A stretch of 64,000 nt of DNA. Origin: Lytechinus pictus. Taxonomy: Eukaryota. The notes under the pieces are model-generated. The model made no database searches and had not been told where the DNA came from. It was given only the letters and a program-made list of their open reading frames with translations. The stretch lies in assembly GCF_037042905.1 (NCBI RefSeq), contig NC_087250.1, positions 21,392,001 to 21,456,000 on the forward strand. Direction: 5' to 3'. Of the stretch, positions 1-11,860 are shown piece after piece (positions within the stretch are counted from its first letter, which is position 1; each line of letters starts with the position of its first letter). The position numbers and the translations under genes were made by a program.

Positions 1-3000
1 ATTTTCATAATGACTTTAACAATAAGCTTAAAGTACTCTCCTTCGGATTTACAGATAGCTTTTTTCTTGAGGTGAATCGTCCATATAAACGTTGTTTTGT
101 CTCAGTTTGTAACCGAATTGAGGAAAATGCTATGCCAAATAACTTGCGTCTTCACCACAACTTTACCCCTCTCTCTTTATTTACCCTCTCACCCCTCCAC
201 CCTTTCATGTCTAGGCCTATTTATTTACCTATCTATCTATTTTCCCTCTCCCTTTCCCAATCATTTTACTTTGTATCCCATCTTTATTGTTTTGTCCTTT
301 GGAGTATAATAACAAACATATTCCGTAAGCTACTGATAAAATATTTGAAATCCAACAGTGCAGCCTGGGTTTAAAAGGAGCTGCGCCCGTTTCTTTACCG
401 GACTTAAACAGTCGTAATCTTATCATTATGACAACTGCCAGTGTAACAGTGCTCAGCAGCAAATTCCAATCAAGGTAACTATGGTAGTTGCCATAACGGC
501 AATTTACCAAAGTTACCATAGTTATGTATTTACGAAACGGACCCGGATGTAAGCAAAGATGACACCCTAATTGTTATTCCCTCTCTACATTTCTTTGTTG
601 TTTCTTCCCTTGTGGTATAGTAGCAATTTACAAACGTATTCTGATTTATACTTACTTCTTTATATATTGGAAATCCAACAGTTTGAGTCTGATGCTAGTG
701 TTTACAGTTGTTTCTCTCTGGTTCCTTTATTGATAATGTGCGACGGTTCATTATAAAACCACGGACCATGAAAACAAAAACTCACGCCAGGGTAGTTACA
801 AAATCACATCATGTAGTTGAAATTGACAAGTCATTTAACAACTGGTTATTTAAAACGACACTGCTCATCTTCATGTAGCAAAATCTCAAAATAAAATACC
901 CTACATGCTTCGAAATAAAATATCTCCCTATTCTAATCTCGAATGAGGACTAGCATTAAAGTAAGGCTCGGAGAAAAATTAGTTTTTTGATCAGCTAAAT
1001 GACGTACACCCGATTTGCTCCTCATTCTATCACCTGACCTCATGCACATCGATCACTCAACCAATCAAAATTGATTGCAACGCTTTCGTAACCAAATATG
1101 GTCGATTCATTTCGCAGATTATTTTTATGACACCATGGTAAATAAACGCCCCCTATTATTAAAATCAGGGAATATACAAGTATCATCCCGTGATGCTAAA
1201 CAAACATCTACAATCATAAATATAATACGAATTATGCCCGTTAACGCAGGGATAGATTTCCGCCCTAACTTCTTACGATAATGTACACCTTGTTATTATG
1301 TAAAAGTAAAAAAAAAAGGAAAATAAAGAAGACATAGAATTTCGAAGTATTGCAGGCACCCCCTCCCCATCCTTTATAAAAGGAACTATAGCGTACAACT
1401 AAATTGGGCATGAAACAAGGGTTAAGAGAAATAACGGCGACACCACGAAAAGTCAATAACAGAAAAATATCCCCCCCACCTTCCCTCCCATCTTGGGGCT
1501 TTTTCTTTATTTATTTATTTTTTTTTTGTTCTGCCCTTACTTTTTTCTTACAAGAAAGGGTAATTTACCCCATTTTGCACCTCAGCCAATGCGTCACACC
1601 TACACCCACTTCTATCACCCTCCCCACCCCGAAAGTGAGAAACCCTTACATACCCTCGTGATGCGTTATGTTGGTTACATAAATAATTACAGCTTTCGTT
1701 TTATCCTAATATTTCTGTCTTCAACAATATAAATTTGACATAATAATCTTTAGCAAACATCAAGTCACAAATCGCGTGCTTTACAGAGTTGGGTAAATAT
1801 ACTGATTATGGTATGAATGCCAATTTAACGGTTATAAACTGTTTACAGTTCGTGAAAATTGTCCGAATTAAAATGTTATAATGACAGATAAGGAACAAGC
1901 CGGCAAAAAGAAAATGCAATCTCAGCAGAGCAATCTATCATCTGATTGTATTGCCTTGTAATATATATATATGTTTATATATATTTTTTTTTGGGGGGGG
2001 GGAATGATTTTCATTTGTGGAAAGGAAAATTTGCAAAATGTATGCTAAAGCCTGTTATTTCCATACCTCTTTGTGAATAGAAAAAATTAATAAATGATCC
2101 CTCGACTTGCGCCTTGAGAATCTGCAATTTTTCTGCATCAATGAAAATTTGTGGGGACGTCGTCGCCTAGTGGATAAATCTCTCGTCTTTGGTTCGATTC
2201 CCAGCCATCGTGTGCTTTCCTTCAACAAGAATTTTGTTTGTTCACATTATGTTGCATTCAACACGGGTGGGTGTTTCATAAAGCTGTTTCCAAGTAAAGA
2301 ACGACAACAGGTGAAGCTTTCTTACGTGCTGAATAATAATCAATGAACATATCTCATGGTGTATATCATTCACTACAATTAAGGATCGCCAACCGTGCTT
2401 AACGGACAGTTTAGTGAAACGGCCCCCTGGTGAGGTAAATGGGTACCGGCAGGAAGTACTTCACCCCAAAATCTGTGAGAGCCGGAATCGATAGACTGGG
2501 TAGGTTGGGGAATAACAGTGTGAATACATGCGCTATATGAATCCTATATTATTATTTATGTGGGATTTTTTTTTAAGAGGGGGTGCTTTTTTGGAAAAAA
2601 ATGACATTTTGGTCAGAAAAGGAAAGAAAAAAATACAAGCAAACAAACAAATTAACTCGAAATTAATTTATAAAGAAAGTGGCAAGCAGAATATATAGCA
2701 GTGAATTTGAAATATAAACAAATGAAAAAAAAAACTGCCATGAATGTATAATGGTAAAGAAAGTTCCTCGTCAGAAGAATGTGTAATCGACAGGAATTGA
2801 GCAGGATCATGTATCATGAAGTCTTGTTATAATAACAAAAAAGACACAATTCAAAACAAGTTTACTATCAGCCAATCAAATGGAATGATTTAAATAGCCT
2901 TACAACGATGTCACAGTTGTTTTTGTCTTTACAATGCACCATTTCTATCTATAAAAAAAATCAGCCAATGAAATTGAAGGATTTCAGTAGCTTTAAACTG

Positions 3001-3060
3001 ACTTAGCAAATTATTCTGTTATTTTAACAAGGTGCATAAAAGGGGCCACGGAGTGAATAA
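1..3060 (+). repeat. Large tandem block, copy 1 (starts before the window)
   Basis: Colinear with 3061-8650 and 8650-16550. For example AACCAAATATGGTCGATTCATTTCGCAGATT occurs at ~1090, ~3960 and ~13608. Confidence 0.92.
2153..2556 (+). mobile_element. tRNA-derived SINE interrupted by a small GGG..CCC MITE (~2269-2427); paralogs at ~6914-7335 and ~14636-16212
   Basis: A box TGGCCTAGTGG (intact in copies 2 and 3), B box GGTTCGATTCC, central GGTGAGGTAAATGGGTACCGGC motif, tail TGCGCTATATGAATCCTATATTATT. Confidence 0.7.
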
Positions 3061-4210
3061 CTTTATTTCCCCTCTCATCCCTCCACCCTTTCATGTCTAG
3101 GCCTATTTGTTTACCTATCTATCTATTTTCCCTCTCCCTTTCCCAATCATTTTACTTTGTATCCCATCTTTATTGTTCTGTCCTTTGGAGTATATAATAA
3201 CAAACATATTCCGTAATCTACTGATGAATATATTTGAAATCCAACAGTGCAGCCTGAGTTTGAAAGGAGCTGGGCCCGTTTCTTCACCCTGTTTACCGGA
3301 CTTAAACAGTTGTAACTTTATCATTATTACAACTGCCAGTATAACAGGGCTCTACAGTCAATCCCAATCAATGTAACCATGGTCATGATGGCCATAATGG
3401 AAAAGTTACCATAGTTATGTCTTTACGAAACGGACCCGGATGTTAGCAACGATGACACCTAACTTTCATTCCCTCCCTACCTTTCTTTGTTGTTTCTTCC
3501 CTTTTGGTATATAGTAGCATTTTACAAACTTACTCTGATTTATACTTACTTCTTTATACATGTATATTGGAAATCCAACAGTTTTCGCAGCCTCCTTTGT
3601 AATAATGTGCGGCGGGCACAATACAATAGACAACCACGGACCATGAAAACGAAGCAAACTCACACTAGGGTAGTTACAAAATCACATAATGTAGTTGAAA
3701 TTGACCAGTCATTCGACAATTGATTATTTAAAACGACGCTGCTCCTCTTCATGTAGCAAAATCTCAGAAGAAAATACTCTACAGGCTACGAAATATAAGA
3801 TCTCCCTGTTCGATTCTCGAATTAAAGTAAGGCGCGGAAAAAAATGAGGATTTTTGTTGATAAACTAAATGGTGCACACTCGATTTGCTCCTCATTCTAT
3901 CACGTGACCTCATTCACAGCGATCACTCAACCAATCAAAATTTATTGCAACGTTTTCGTAACCAAATATGGTCGATTCATTTCGCAGATTATTTTATGAC
4001 ACCATGGTAAATAAACGCCCCCTATTATTAAAATCAGGGAATATACATGAATCATCCCGTGATGTTAAACAAACATCTAGAATGATAAATGTAATATGAA
4101 TTATACCCGTTAACGCAGGGATAGATTTGCACCCGAACTTCCTACGATAATGCACACCTTGTTAAAGTAAACAAAAAGTAAAATAAAAGTAGACATATAA
4201 TTACAAAGTA

Positions 4211-4322
4211 TTTAATAATAATAATAATATAGGGTATTTATATTGCGCACATATCCACCTTGTTAGGTGCTCAAGGCGCTCCTATATTACCCGGCTAAGC
4301 TAGGCGTTCATAGCGCACACAG
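4211..4322 (-). mobile_element. 3' tail fragment of the same SINE family with an (ATT)n end, replacing ~200 bp of block copy 2
   Basis: Reverse complement AATATAGGAGCGCCTTGAGCACCTAACAAGG...GCGCAATATAAATACCCTATATTATTATT resembles 7275-7335. Confidence 0.6.
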
Positions 4323-4802
4323 GGAATTTTGCACCTCTCCTAAGAAATCTTGGATCAGCCATTGCGTCAACCCAGTCCCCACCCCGAACGTGAGAAACCC
4401 TTACCCTCAAAATATGATATGTTGGTTGCAAGAACAGTTACAGCTTTCGTTTTTTCCTAATATCTCTGTGTTCGACAATATAAATTTGACATAATAATCT
4501 TTAGCAAACATCAAGTCCCAAATCGCGTACTTTACAGAGTTGGGTAAACTTACTGATTCTAGTATAAATACCAATTTAACCTTAAAGAACTGTTTAAAGT
4601 TCGTGAAAATTGTCCAATTTAAGATTTTATGACAGATAAGGAACAGCCCGGCAAAAAGAAAGTGCAATCTCAGCAGATCAATATCTATCATTATTTTATT
4701 GCCTTGTAGTATTTATGGGGGCATGATATTCTTTTGTGGAAAGGAACATTTGCAAAATGTATGCTGAAGCATCGTATTTCCATACCTCTTTGTGAATATA
4801 TA

Positions 4803-6863
4803 CACAACAAAAAAAGTAAGTCCCCCCTAAATCAAATTGCTGTAACTTTTGAACGGAATTATTTTGAGATATGATATTTCGTAGGTGGTTTTCTACACTC
4901 ATTAAACAACTCCTGGGGAAAAATGGGATTGATCGGTTGAGTCATGCATGAGTAATTAAATATTGAATTAAAAATGACCATTTTTGAAAGTCACAAGAGT
5001 CGTTTTTCAGATTGTGCAATTACAAAGTTGGGCAAAAGTTGTTTTTAGGTGAAATTTATGGTGTTAATGCTGTTTTACTATCCATCATTTAGCCACTCCA
5101 CACTCAATTTTGATATCGTATGTTTAAGGTTGAGTGAGCACAATGTATTGCAGGGGCCGTGGAAGCGGGGGGGGGGGGCTTCAGCCCCCCACCTTTTTTT
5201 TCCAAAAGCATGTACAAAAATGTAAAAGTGACCATACGATTGTGATTTTTTGCATGGTCAGCCCCCCTACTTTTGGCTCAGCACCCCCACTTTGAAAACC
5301 GTTCCGCGGCCCCTGTATTGTGACGTATCATCATAGGGGTTTATGGTAGTATCCTCTACAACTTGTTAGATCATGTTAAAATTTGAAAATGTTGGTGGCT
5401 CCCCCGATTATAGGCCCCTCCCCCATTTTAAAATTATGGATCCACCACTGATTTGTCCATAAATTAAACTGATCCTGAGAAATTGTTAGGAAAATAATAC
5501 ATTTATGCAGTATCCATTCCTAAGTTTTCGAATGTGCTCGCTCAACCATGAAAATATTAAAAGTTCGGAAAGTGTGTGGTGATAGAAATGGTGGATGATA
5601 AAAACAACAGCAATTAAAGTCACATTTCAAACCGAATTTGCCCCCAAAATTCACTTTATTACCCGTTAAAATGAGTCTGTGACATTGAAAATACCCCTTT
5701 TCCCACTTTGATGCGTGCTCTCTCATCCATAAATAAACAAATCGATTTCTTTTTTGCACAGAATTCCGCCCATAGGTTGATAAACATTACTGCCAAATGA
5801 CATTGCTAAAGACAGCCTTGAAAAAAAGTTCCACCATATTGAATAAGGGGTTACTTATTCTTAAACATATGCACCCATAATGTACACAATGTCTATGAGA
5901 GAGGAAGTCAGAATTTTAACAAATGTGAAATGAGGGTTTGTTTCATGGACGATTTTTGTTACTTCTCCCAACAGTTATTTCCTGAAACTTCGCACATGGC
6001 TTCAGAGTAATACTATCCAAAAGGTGCGCACACCAAAATAACCATTCGATACGGCACAGAGTGGGGCCAAGGCCTTGAACTTCCTTCTCATTTGCATAAT
6101 TTTCGAATATTGTGTGCTCACTGGTGCATGATACATCGGGATTTTCATAAAAATCAAATCAAATGAACTATGCAAGGAGGTTTGTGACAGATATCCATAG
6201 TTACAAATTGTATTTTTTCCAATAACGTAAAAAAGAGCAAATCACATTCCCCATGTTCATTCAAGCGTGAATGTTTAATTAAACGCCTTTGAATCATTGA
6301 AGCATGTTAATTGGTCATGAACATAACGAAAAAGTTGAGAAAAGATCATTTTCAGTTACCAAAATGAAACAATACTTGTCTATGATATTTGAAAATAAAT
6401 GTTCATTGAACCGTGAAACGATGAACATTGTTGAAGATACTCTTCCCAAAAATAACTGTCATCATATTCGATCATTTTTATTGATAGAAATGTGTAAAAA
6501 AATCCAATTATAGCAAATTTGGACTTGTGTTTATTCAACCGTGAAATTTAGCCTAAAAAGTTGTATTGTCTTTTAGAAAGTACCTTTTACAGGCCTTGTG
6601 ACTATTTTTCATGATGAGAATGTGGAATTCGTTCCAATAAAATGAAATCAAAGTCGTGATATTTGGCTTGTGACTTTTGAAAAGTGACATTTTTGCCTTC
6701 TGACGGTGCTCACTAAAGCATGACGTAAAATACGGACATAACATTTACTCAGAGGGTAGTTTATAAAATTACCTACACGCTCATGTAAAAATATATTAAA
6801 AACTCGCATTGGTTCGGAAATTATTGATGTTTGTTTAAGGGGGGACTTACTTTTTTTGTTGTG
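4803..6863. mobile_element. Non-autonomous TA-TSD (Tc1/mariner-type) element
   Basis: TA|CACAACAAAAAAAGTAAGTCCCCC...GGGGGACTTACTTTTTTTGTTGTG|TA. Absent from block copies 1 and 3. Confidence 0.88.
5151..5315. mobile_element. 165-bp MITE nested in the 4803-6863 element
   Basis: TATTG|CAGGGGCCGTGGAA...TTCCGCGGCCCCTG|TATTG. Absent from the sister element at ~42800. Confidence 0.8.
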
Positions 6864-7961
6864 TATATATTAAAAAAAAAAATGATCCCTCAACTTGCCG
6901 CTTGAAAATATGTGGGGATGTCGTGGCCTAGTGGTTAAGACTCTCGTCTTTGGTTCGATTCCCAGCCATGGTGTGTTTTCCTTCAACAAGAATGGTTTTC
7001 CACATTGTGTTGCACTCAACACGGGTGGGTGTTACATGAAGCTGTTTGCAAACAGGTGAAGCTTTCTTACGTGCTAAATAATAATCAATGAACATGTCTA
7101 ATGGTGAATATCAGTTACCACAATGAAGGACCATGAACTGTGCTTAAAGTAACTCTTAACTTACGGACAGTCTAGTGAAACGGCCCCCTGGTGAGGTAAA
7201 TGCGTACCGACAGGAAGTACTTTCCCACAAAAAAACCTGTGAGCATTGAAATCGATAGACTAGGTTAGTGGGGAATATAGGAGCGCCATCATCACCTAAT
7301 AATGTCAATACATGCGCTACATAAATCCTATATTTTTATACATTTTGGGAAAAAATAAGAGGAGGTGCTTGTCTTAAAAAAAAAATACATTTTGGTCAAA
7401 AAAGAAAAAAGTACAAAAACAAAGTGAAATGATGTTATTCATAAAGAAAGTGGCAAGCAGAATATATAACAGTGATTTTGAAAAAAATAATAAACAAATG
7501 AAAAAAAAACTTCCATGATTGTATAATGGTAAAGAAAGTTCCCCTTCAGAAGAATGTGTAATCAGCAGGAATTAGGCAAGATCATGTAACATGAATGAAG
7601 TATTGTGATAATAACAAAAAACACAATTCAGCCAATCAAATGGAATGATTTAAATAGCCTTACAACGATGTCGCAGTTGTTTTTGTCATTACAATGCACA
7701 ATTTCTATCTACATGTATACAAAATCAATCTATGGAATTGAAGGATTTCAGTAGCTTTAAACTGATATAGCAAATTATTTTGTTATTATAACAAGGTTCA
7801 TGAAAGGGGCCACTGAGTGAATGACAACTTTGACAAAAAATAATGTCGGTTGGGATTTGGTTTCGTTGTTTAAATGTTACATTAGATCTTCAAACGATAA
7901 CTAATGTCAAAATAGCAGAAAAAATAATAATAAAAAATATGAAGGTTTGAGTAAACCCATG

Positions 7962-8268
7962 GGCCCGTATTCTGAAGTCAGGTTTAACTTAAACTCAGGT
8001 TTAAAGTTGTGGTTTAAGTATGGGAAGCCAAAAGTATCAATTTTTTTAAGTTGCACGTTTCTTATGTTTACTGTGCTCTTTCCTGATTCATCGATGGTGA
8101 AGACAATAATCTGATATACTTCCTAGACAATTATGAATGATTTGAGAGCCAAATGAGCTGAGATATGATATCTCTATCGTTAGTGATTTATGTAACAATT
8201 GGCTTTCCATACTTAAACCACAACTTTAAACCTGAGTTTTAGTTAAACCCGACTTCAGAATACGGGCC
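7962..8268. mobile_element. 307-bp MITE, 3-bp TSD (PIF/Harbinger-like); related copy at ~38555-38851
   Basis: ATG|GGCCCGTATTCTGAAGTC...GACTTCAGAATACGGGCC|ATG with ~65-bp TIRs. Confidence 0.82.
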
Positions 8269-10642
8269 ATGAAGATTAAGAAATGTATTTGAATTTCAAG
8301 TTTTGCATTGTGACGTCATAAACAAACAGCTGCATATAACATAAACTACATGAATTTCATTTGTTTTTAATTGTTCCTGATGGCTCATTTCTTTTATTTC
8401 TATTCATAATCAGGTGTGACATGATTTGTCTAATGATAGATACATGGTACAATACAAACCATTTTCAAATTTCAGATGAAAGAGGAGATTTTGAGCTTAA
8501 CAATGATAGGTCACTTGTCTATTCTATTATTCATTAAGTAATGATAAATCATCGATAAATCTCGGTTTCGTTTTTTCTGGGACAAACTGTATATTGACGT
8601 TGCTCTACATTATGATGTCAATTCTTTTTTTTTCTAAAGACTTCTTTTCAAAATCTTTGATCCATTTTCTTAATGACTTTAACAATAAGCTTGAAGTACT
8701 CTACTTTGGATTTACAGAAAGCTTTTTTTTTCTCGAGGTGAATTGTCCATTTAAACTTTGTACATGTAACCGAACCTGCCGAATGGAGGAAAATGCTATG
8801 CAAAATAACTTGCGTCTTCACCACAACTTCACCCCCTCTCTCTTTATTTCCCCTCTCACCCCTCCACCCTTTCATGTCTAGACCTATTTATTTACCTTTT
8901 ATTTATCCATCTATTTCCCTCTTCCTTTCCCAATCATTTTACTATGTATCCCATCTTTATTGTTCTGTCCTTTGGAGTAAAATAACAAACATATTCCGTA
9001 ATCTACTGATGAATATATTTGAAATCCAACAGTGCAGCCTGAGTTTGAAAGGAGCTGGGCCCGTTTCTTCACCCCGTTAACCGGACTTAAACAGTTGTAA
9101 CTTCATCATTATGAAAACTGTCAGTATAACATGGCTCTGCAGTCAATCTCAATCACTGTAACCATGGTCATGATGGTAACCATAGTTATGTGTTTACGAA
9201 ACAGACCCGGATGTTAGCAACGATGACACTTTTATTTTCATTCCCTCTTTACCTTTCTTTGTTGTATCTTCCCTTGTGGTATAAAGTAGCAATTTACAAA
9301 CTTACTCTGATTTATACTTACTTCTTTATATATTGAAAATTCAATAGTTCTCGCAGCCTCCTTTGTAATAATGTGCGGCGGGCACAATAGACAACCACGG
9401 ACCATGAAAACGAAGCAAACTCACACTATAGTCTAGATGATCTGTGCAAAAAATAGCAAGAATTGTTCAGATTATGGTAAAAGCATGAAATTTGGCTGAC
9501 AGGTAGAGAAAATAGTGCTGAACATTTTTAGCAGGGGGTGCCAACCGGACCTCTTCTCGTATAGCAACAGTTGTTAGGTAACATATTTACCTTGGCAACC
9601 ACCATTTTTGGGGTGATATCTACATTTCAAAAACTATATTTTGACTTCGAAGCTCCCATTTTACAATCACAAGATTATCAAGAAACATTCCAACCATGTA
9701 TAGCAACAGTTGCTAAGCAACACATTTTCCATAGCAACTATAGATAATATTACTTAATACCACATCTGGACATAGTGTTTGAATGAAAGTGGTTAGAAAA
9801 TTGGTCAAGGTATGACTCTGGAATGAAAAAATATACCAGATCCCTAAAAAGTTCAGAGACAGTCCAAATAATTATAATGCCTGCATAGTAGGGAAGTAAT
9901 GGCGATTAATGCATACGCACTTGTCAGTAAAATTTTGATATCATATTGACTGACTTGAACATATATGTACAGTAGACCTGAAACAGCCTCAAGAATCATT
10001 TCCTGTATATGCACTGTAGAGCATGTGCAGTAGACCTGAAACAGCTTAAGTATCATTGTGTGTATGTTGCGCCTTTTTTATTTGATTATAATGCTGGACA
10101 GTTGAGTCATTTATTTTGCAATAGTTTCTATCTAGATAATGAAGAAAAAAATATTTACATAATGTACAACTGTGCAGTTTCCGGTAGTTTGGGACTTTGT
10201 GCACCATTCTAGCGAAGGAATAGAACGTACATTTTATGTGTCGCACATGCCTTCACAGAGTTGGGCATTTATCTAGTCCTAAATTTAGGTTAAGACTGTC
10301 CGGATTGATTATAAGTCAGGAAAAGCAAAACCACTGTAAAGCGTGCATTATGCTCGACAAAGAATATTAGAGGCAACAGAGGAATACATCAAGAAAGTTA
10401 CAGCCATCATCATCTTCGGTGTAACAATGAATTGTTCGTCAATCAGAGTGTAAGAGACATTTCTTCTCATAAGGACATTATATAAGGTGATAGTGCAATC
10501 AGCAAATTCATTTCAATCTGAGTTCTGAGTTGGACATGCAAAAATGTATTGGAGGTATATTGAAGGAAGAAGCATCAGAACTTAATACTACCGTTCTGTG
10601 CCGGGGTTCTCTGGCCGAGTTTGGATCACGTTCAGCCAACCT

Positions 10643-11344
10643 GGGGCCTGTTGCAGAAAGAGTTGCGTTTAAAGGGGAATCCAACCCAAATAAAAACTTG
10701 TTTTTATAAGAAAAAGAAAAATCAGACAAGTTGATAGGTGAAAGTTTGAACAATATTGGACAAACAACAAGAAAGTTATGAATTTTTAAAAGTTGTAAAT
10801 ATTGGTAATCACTAAATACTCATGGAGACTTCAAATTGGCCGCATATGGGATGTCATAGTGATGTAAGGCAAGGACTACTCTTCCATGTACTCCAATACA
10901 TATTATGGCTAAAATGTCATTTTTCCCAAAAGTTTTATTTCAAATTATTTTTTTTCTTTCATGAAAACATAAAACAATATACTACCTGGGTTATATCTAG
11001 ATTACTGCCCCAGGGGAATGGGTACTTAGGAGAAAACCACAAATCCCTGATAATAAAGTACATAGCCTATGGGAAAGTTGTCCTTGCCTCTGGTCATAAT
11101 TTACTTACCCAGTTGCCAATTTGAAATCTACATACTATTAGTGATCTCAATTTTAAAGCAGCTATAACTTTCTTATTGCTTGTCCAATTTCTTTCAAACT
11201 TTCACCATTCTGTTTAATTTATTTTTCTCTTTCCCAACACAACATTTTATGGCCAAGGCTGAATTCCCCTTTAAACGCAAGACCCGAACACGGGTGGTTT
11301 ATTGGCTGAAAATCAAGTTGCGCAAGATTTCTGCAACGGGCCCC
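10643..11344. mobile_element. Small GGGGCC..GGCCCC MITE split by a TTAA insertion
   Basis: GGGGCCTGTTGCAGAAA / TTTCTGCAACGGGCCCC termini. Confidence 0.72.
10673..11270. mobile_element. TTAA-TSD non-autonomous element with AG..CT ends (Kolobok-like)
   Basis: TTAA|AGGGGAATCCAACC...GGCTGAATTCCCCT|TTAA. Confidence 0.82.
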
Positions 11345-11374
11345 AAATATCACAAGTGCGTCATATGGTACATC

Positions 11375-11860
11375 CTGCAAGATCTTTCAAGTAATGATCC
11401 ATGAAGCTGCACTGCTGCAGGATCCCAGCCAAAACACCTGCAATCGGAACTGACTGGTCAAAATCAACTTCTGCGAGAGCTTTCAAGTTATGATAAATCC
11501 CGGAGCAGCAGTATCCAGGCCAACAAGCCTGGAAACAGAACTGATGGTCGGTCCAAATCAACTCTTGCATGGGAGATGTTTCACGTGATGATAAATCCTG
11601 AAGCTGAAGGATTGATCCAGGTCAAAACACCTACAACAGAACGGACAGGTCCAAATCAACTTCTGCAGGGTCGAGTCATGATAGATCAATCATATAGCTA
11701 CAGGATCCGGCCAACATGCCTAGAAACGGAACTGATCGGTCAAAATCAACTCTAGCATGCAGGATCTTTCACGTCATAATAGATCACAGAGCTGCAGGAT
11801 TGATCCAAGTCAAAACACCTGGAGACGGAATTGAAAAGTCAAAATCAACTCCTGCACATG
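11375..11860 (+). repeat. Diverged ~80-bp minisatellite, about 6 units
   Basis: Recurrent GCTGCAGGAT...AAAACACCTG...GGTCAAAATCAACT. Confidence 0.75.

Larger units (their letters stand above)
3061..8650 (+). repeat. Large tandem block, copy 2 (with private insertions)
   Basis: Begins at the equivalent of position ~176 of copy 1. Continues past the copy-1 end point (GGGGCCAC.GAGTGAAT, ~7805) with ~800 bp absent at the copy 1/2 junction. Confidence 0.9.

Noticed and set aside
72..9080. Short similar ORFs in the tandem block copies
   Set aside because: Frames and stops are not conserved between copies and the peptides are compositionally biased.
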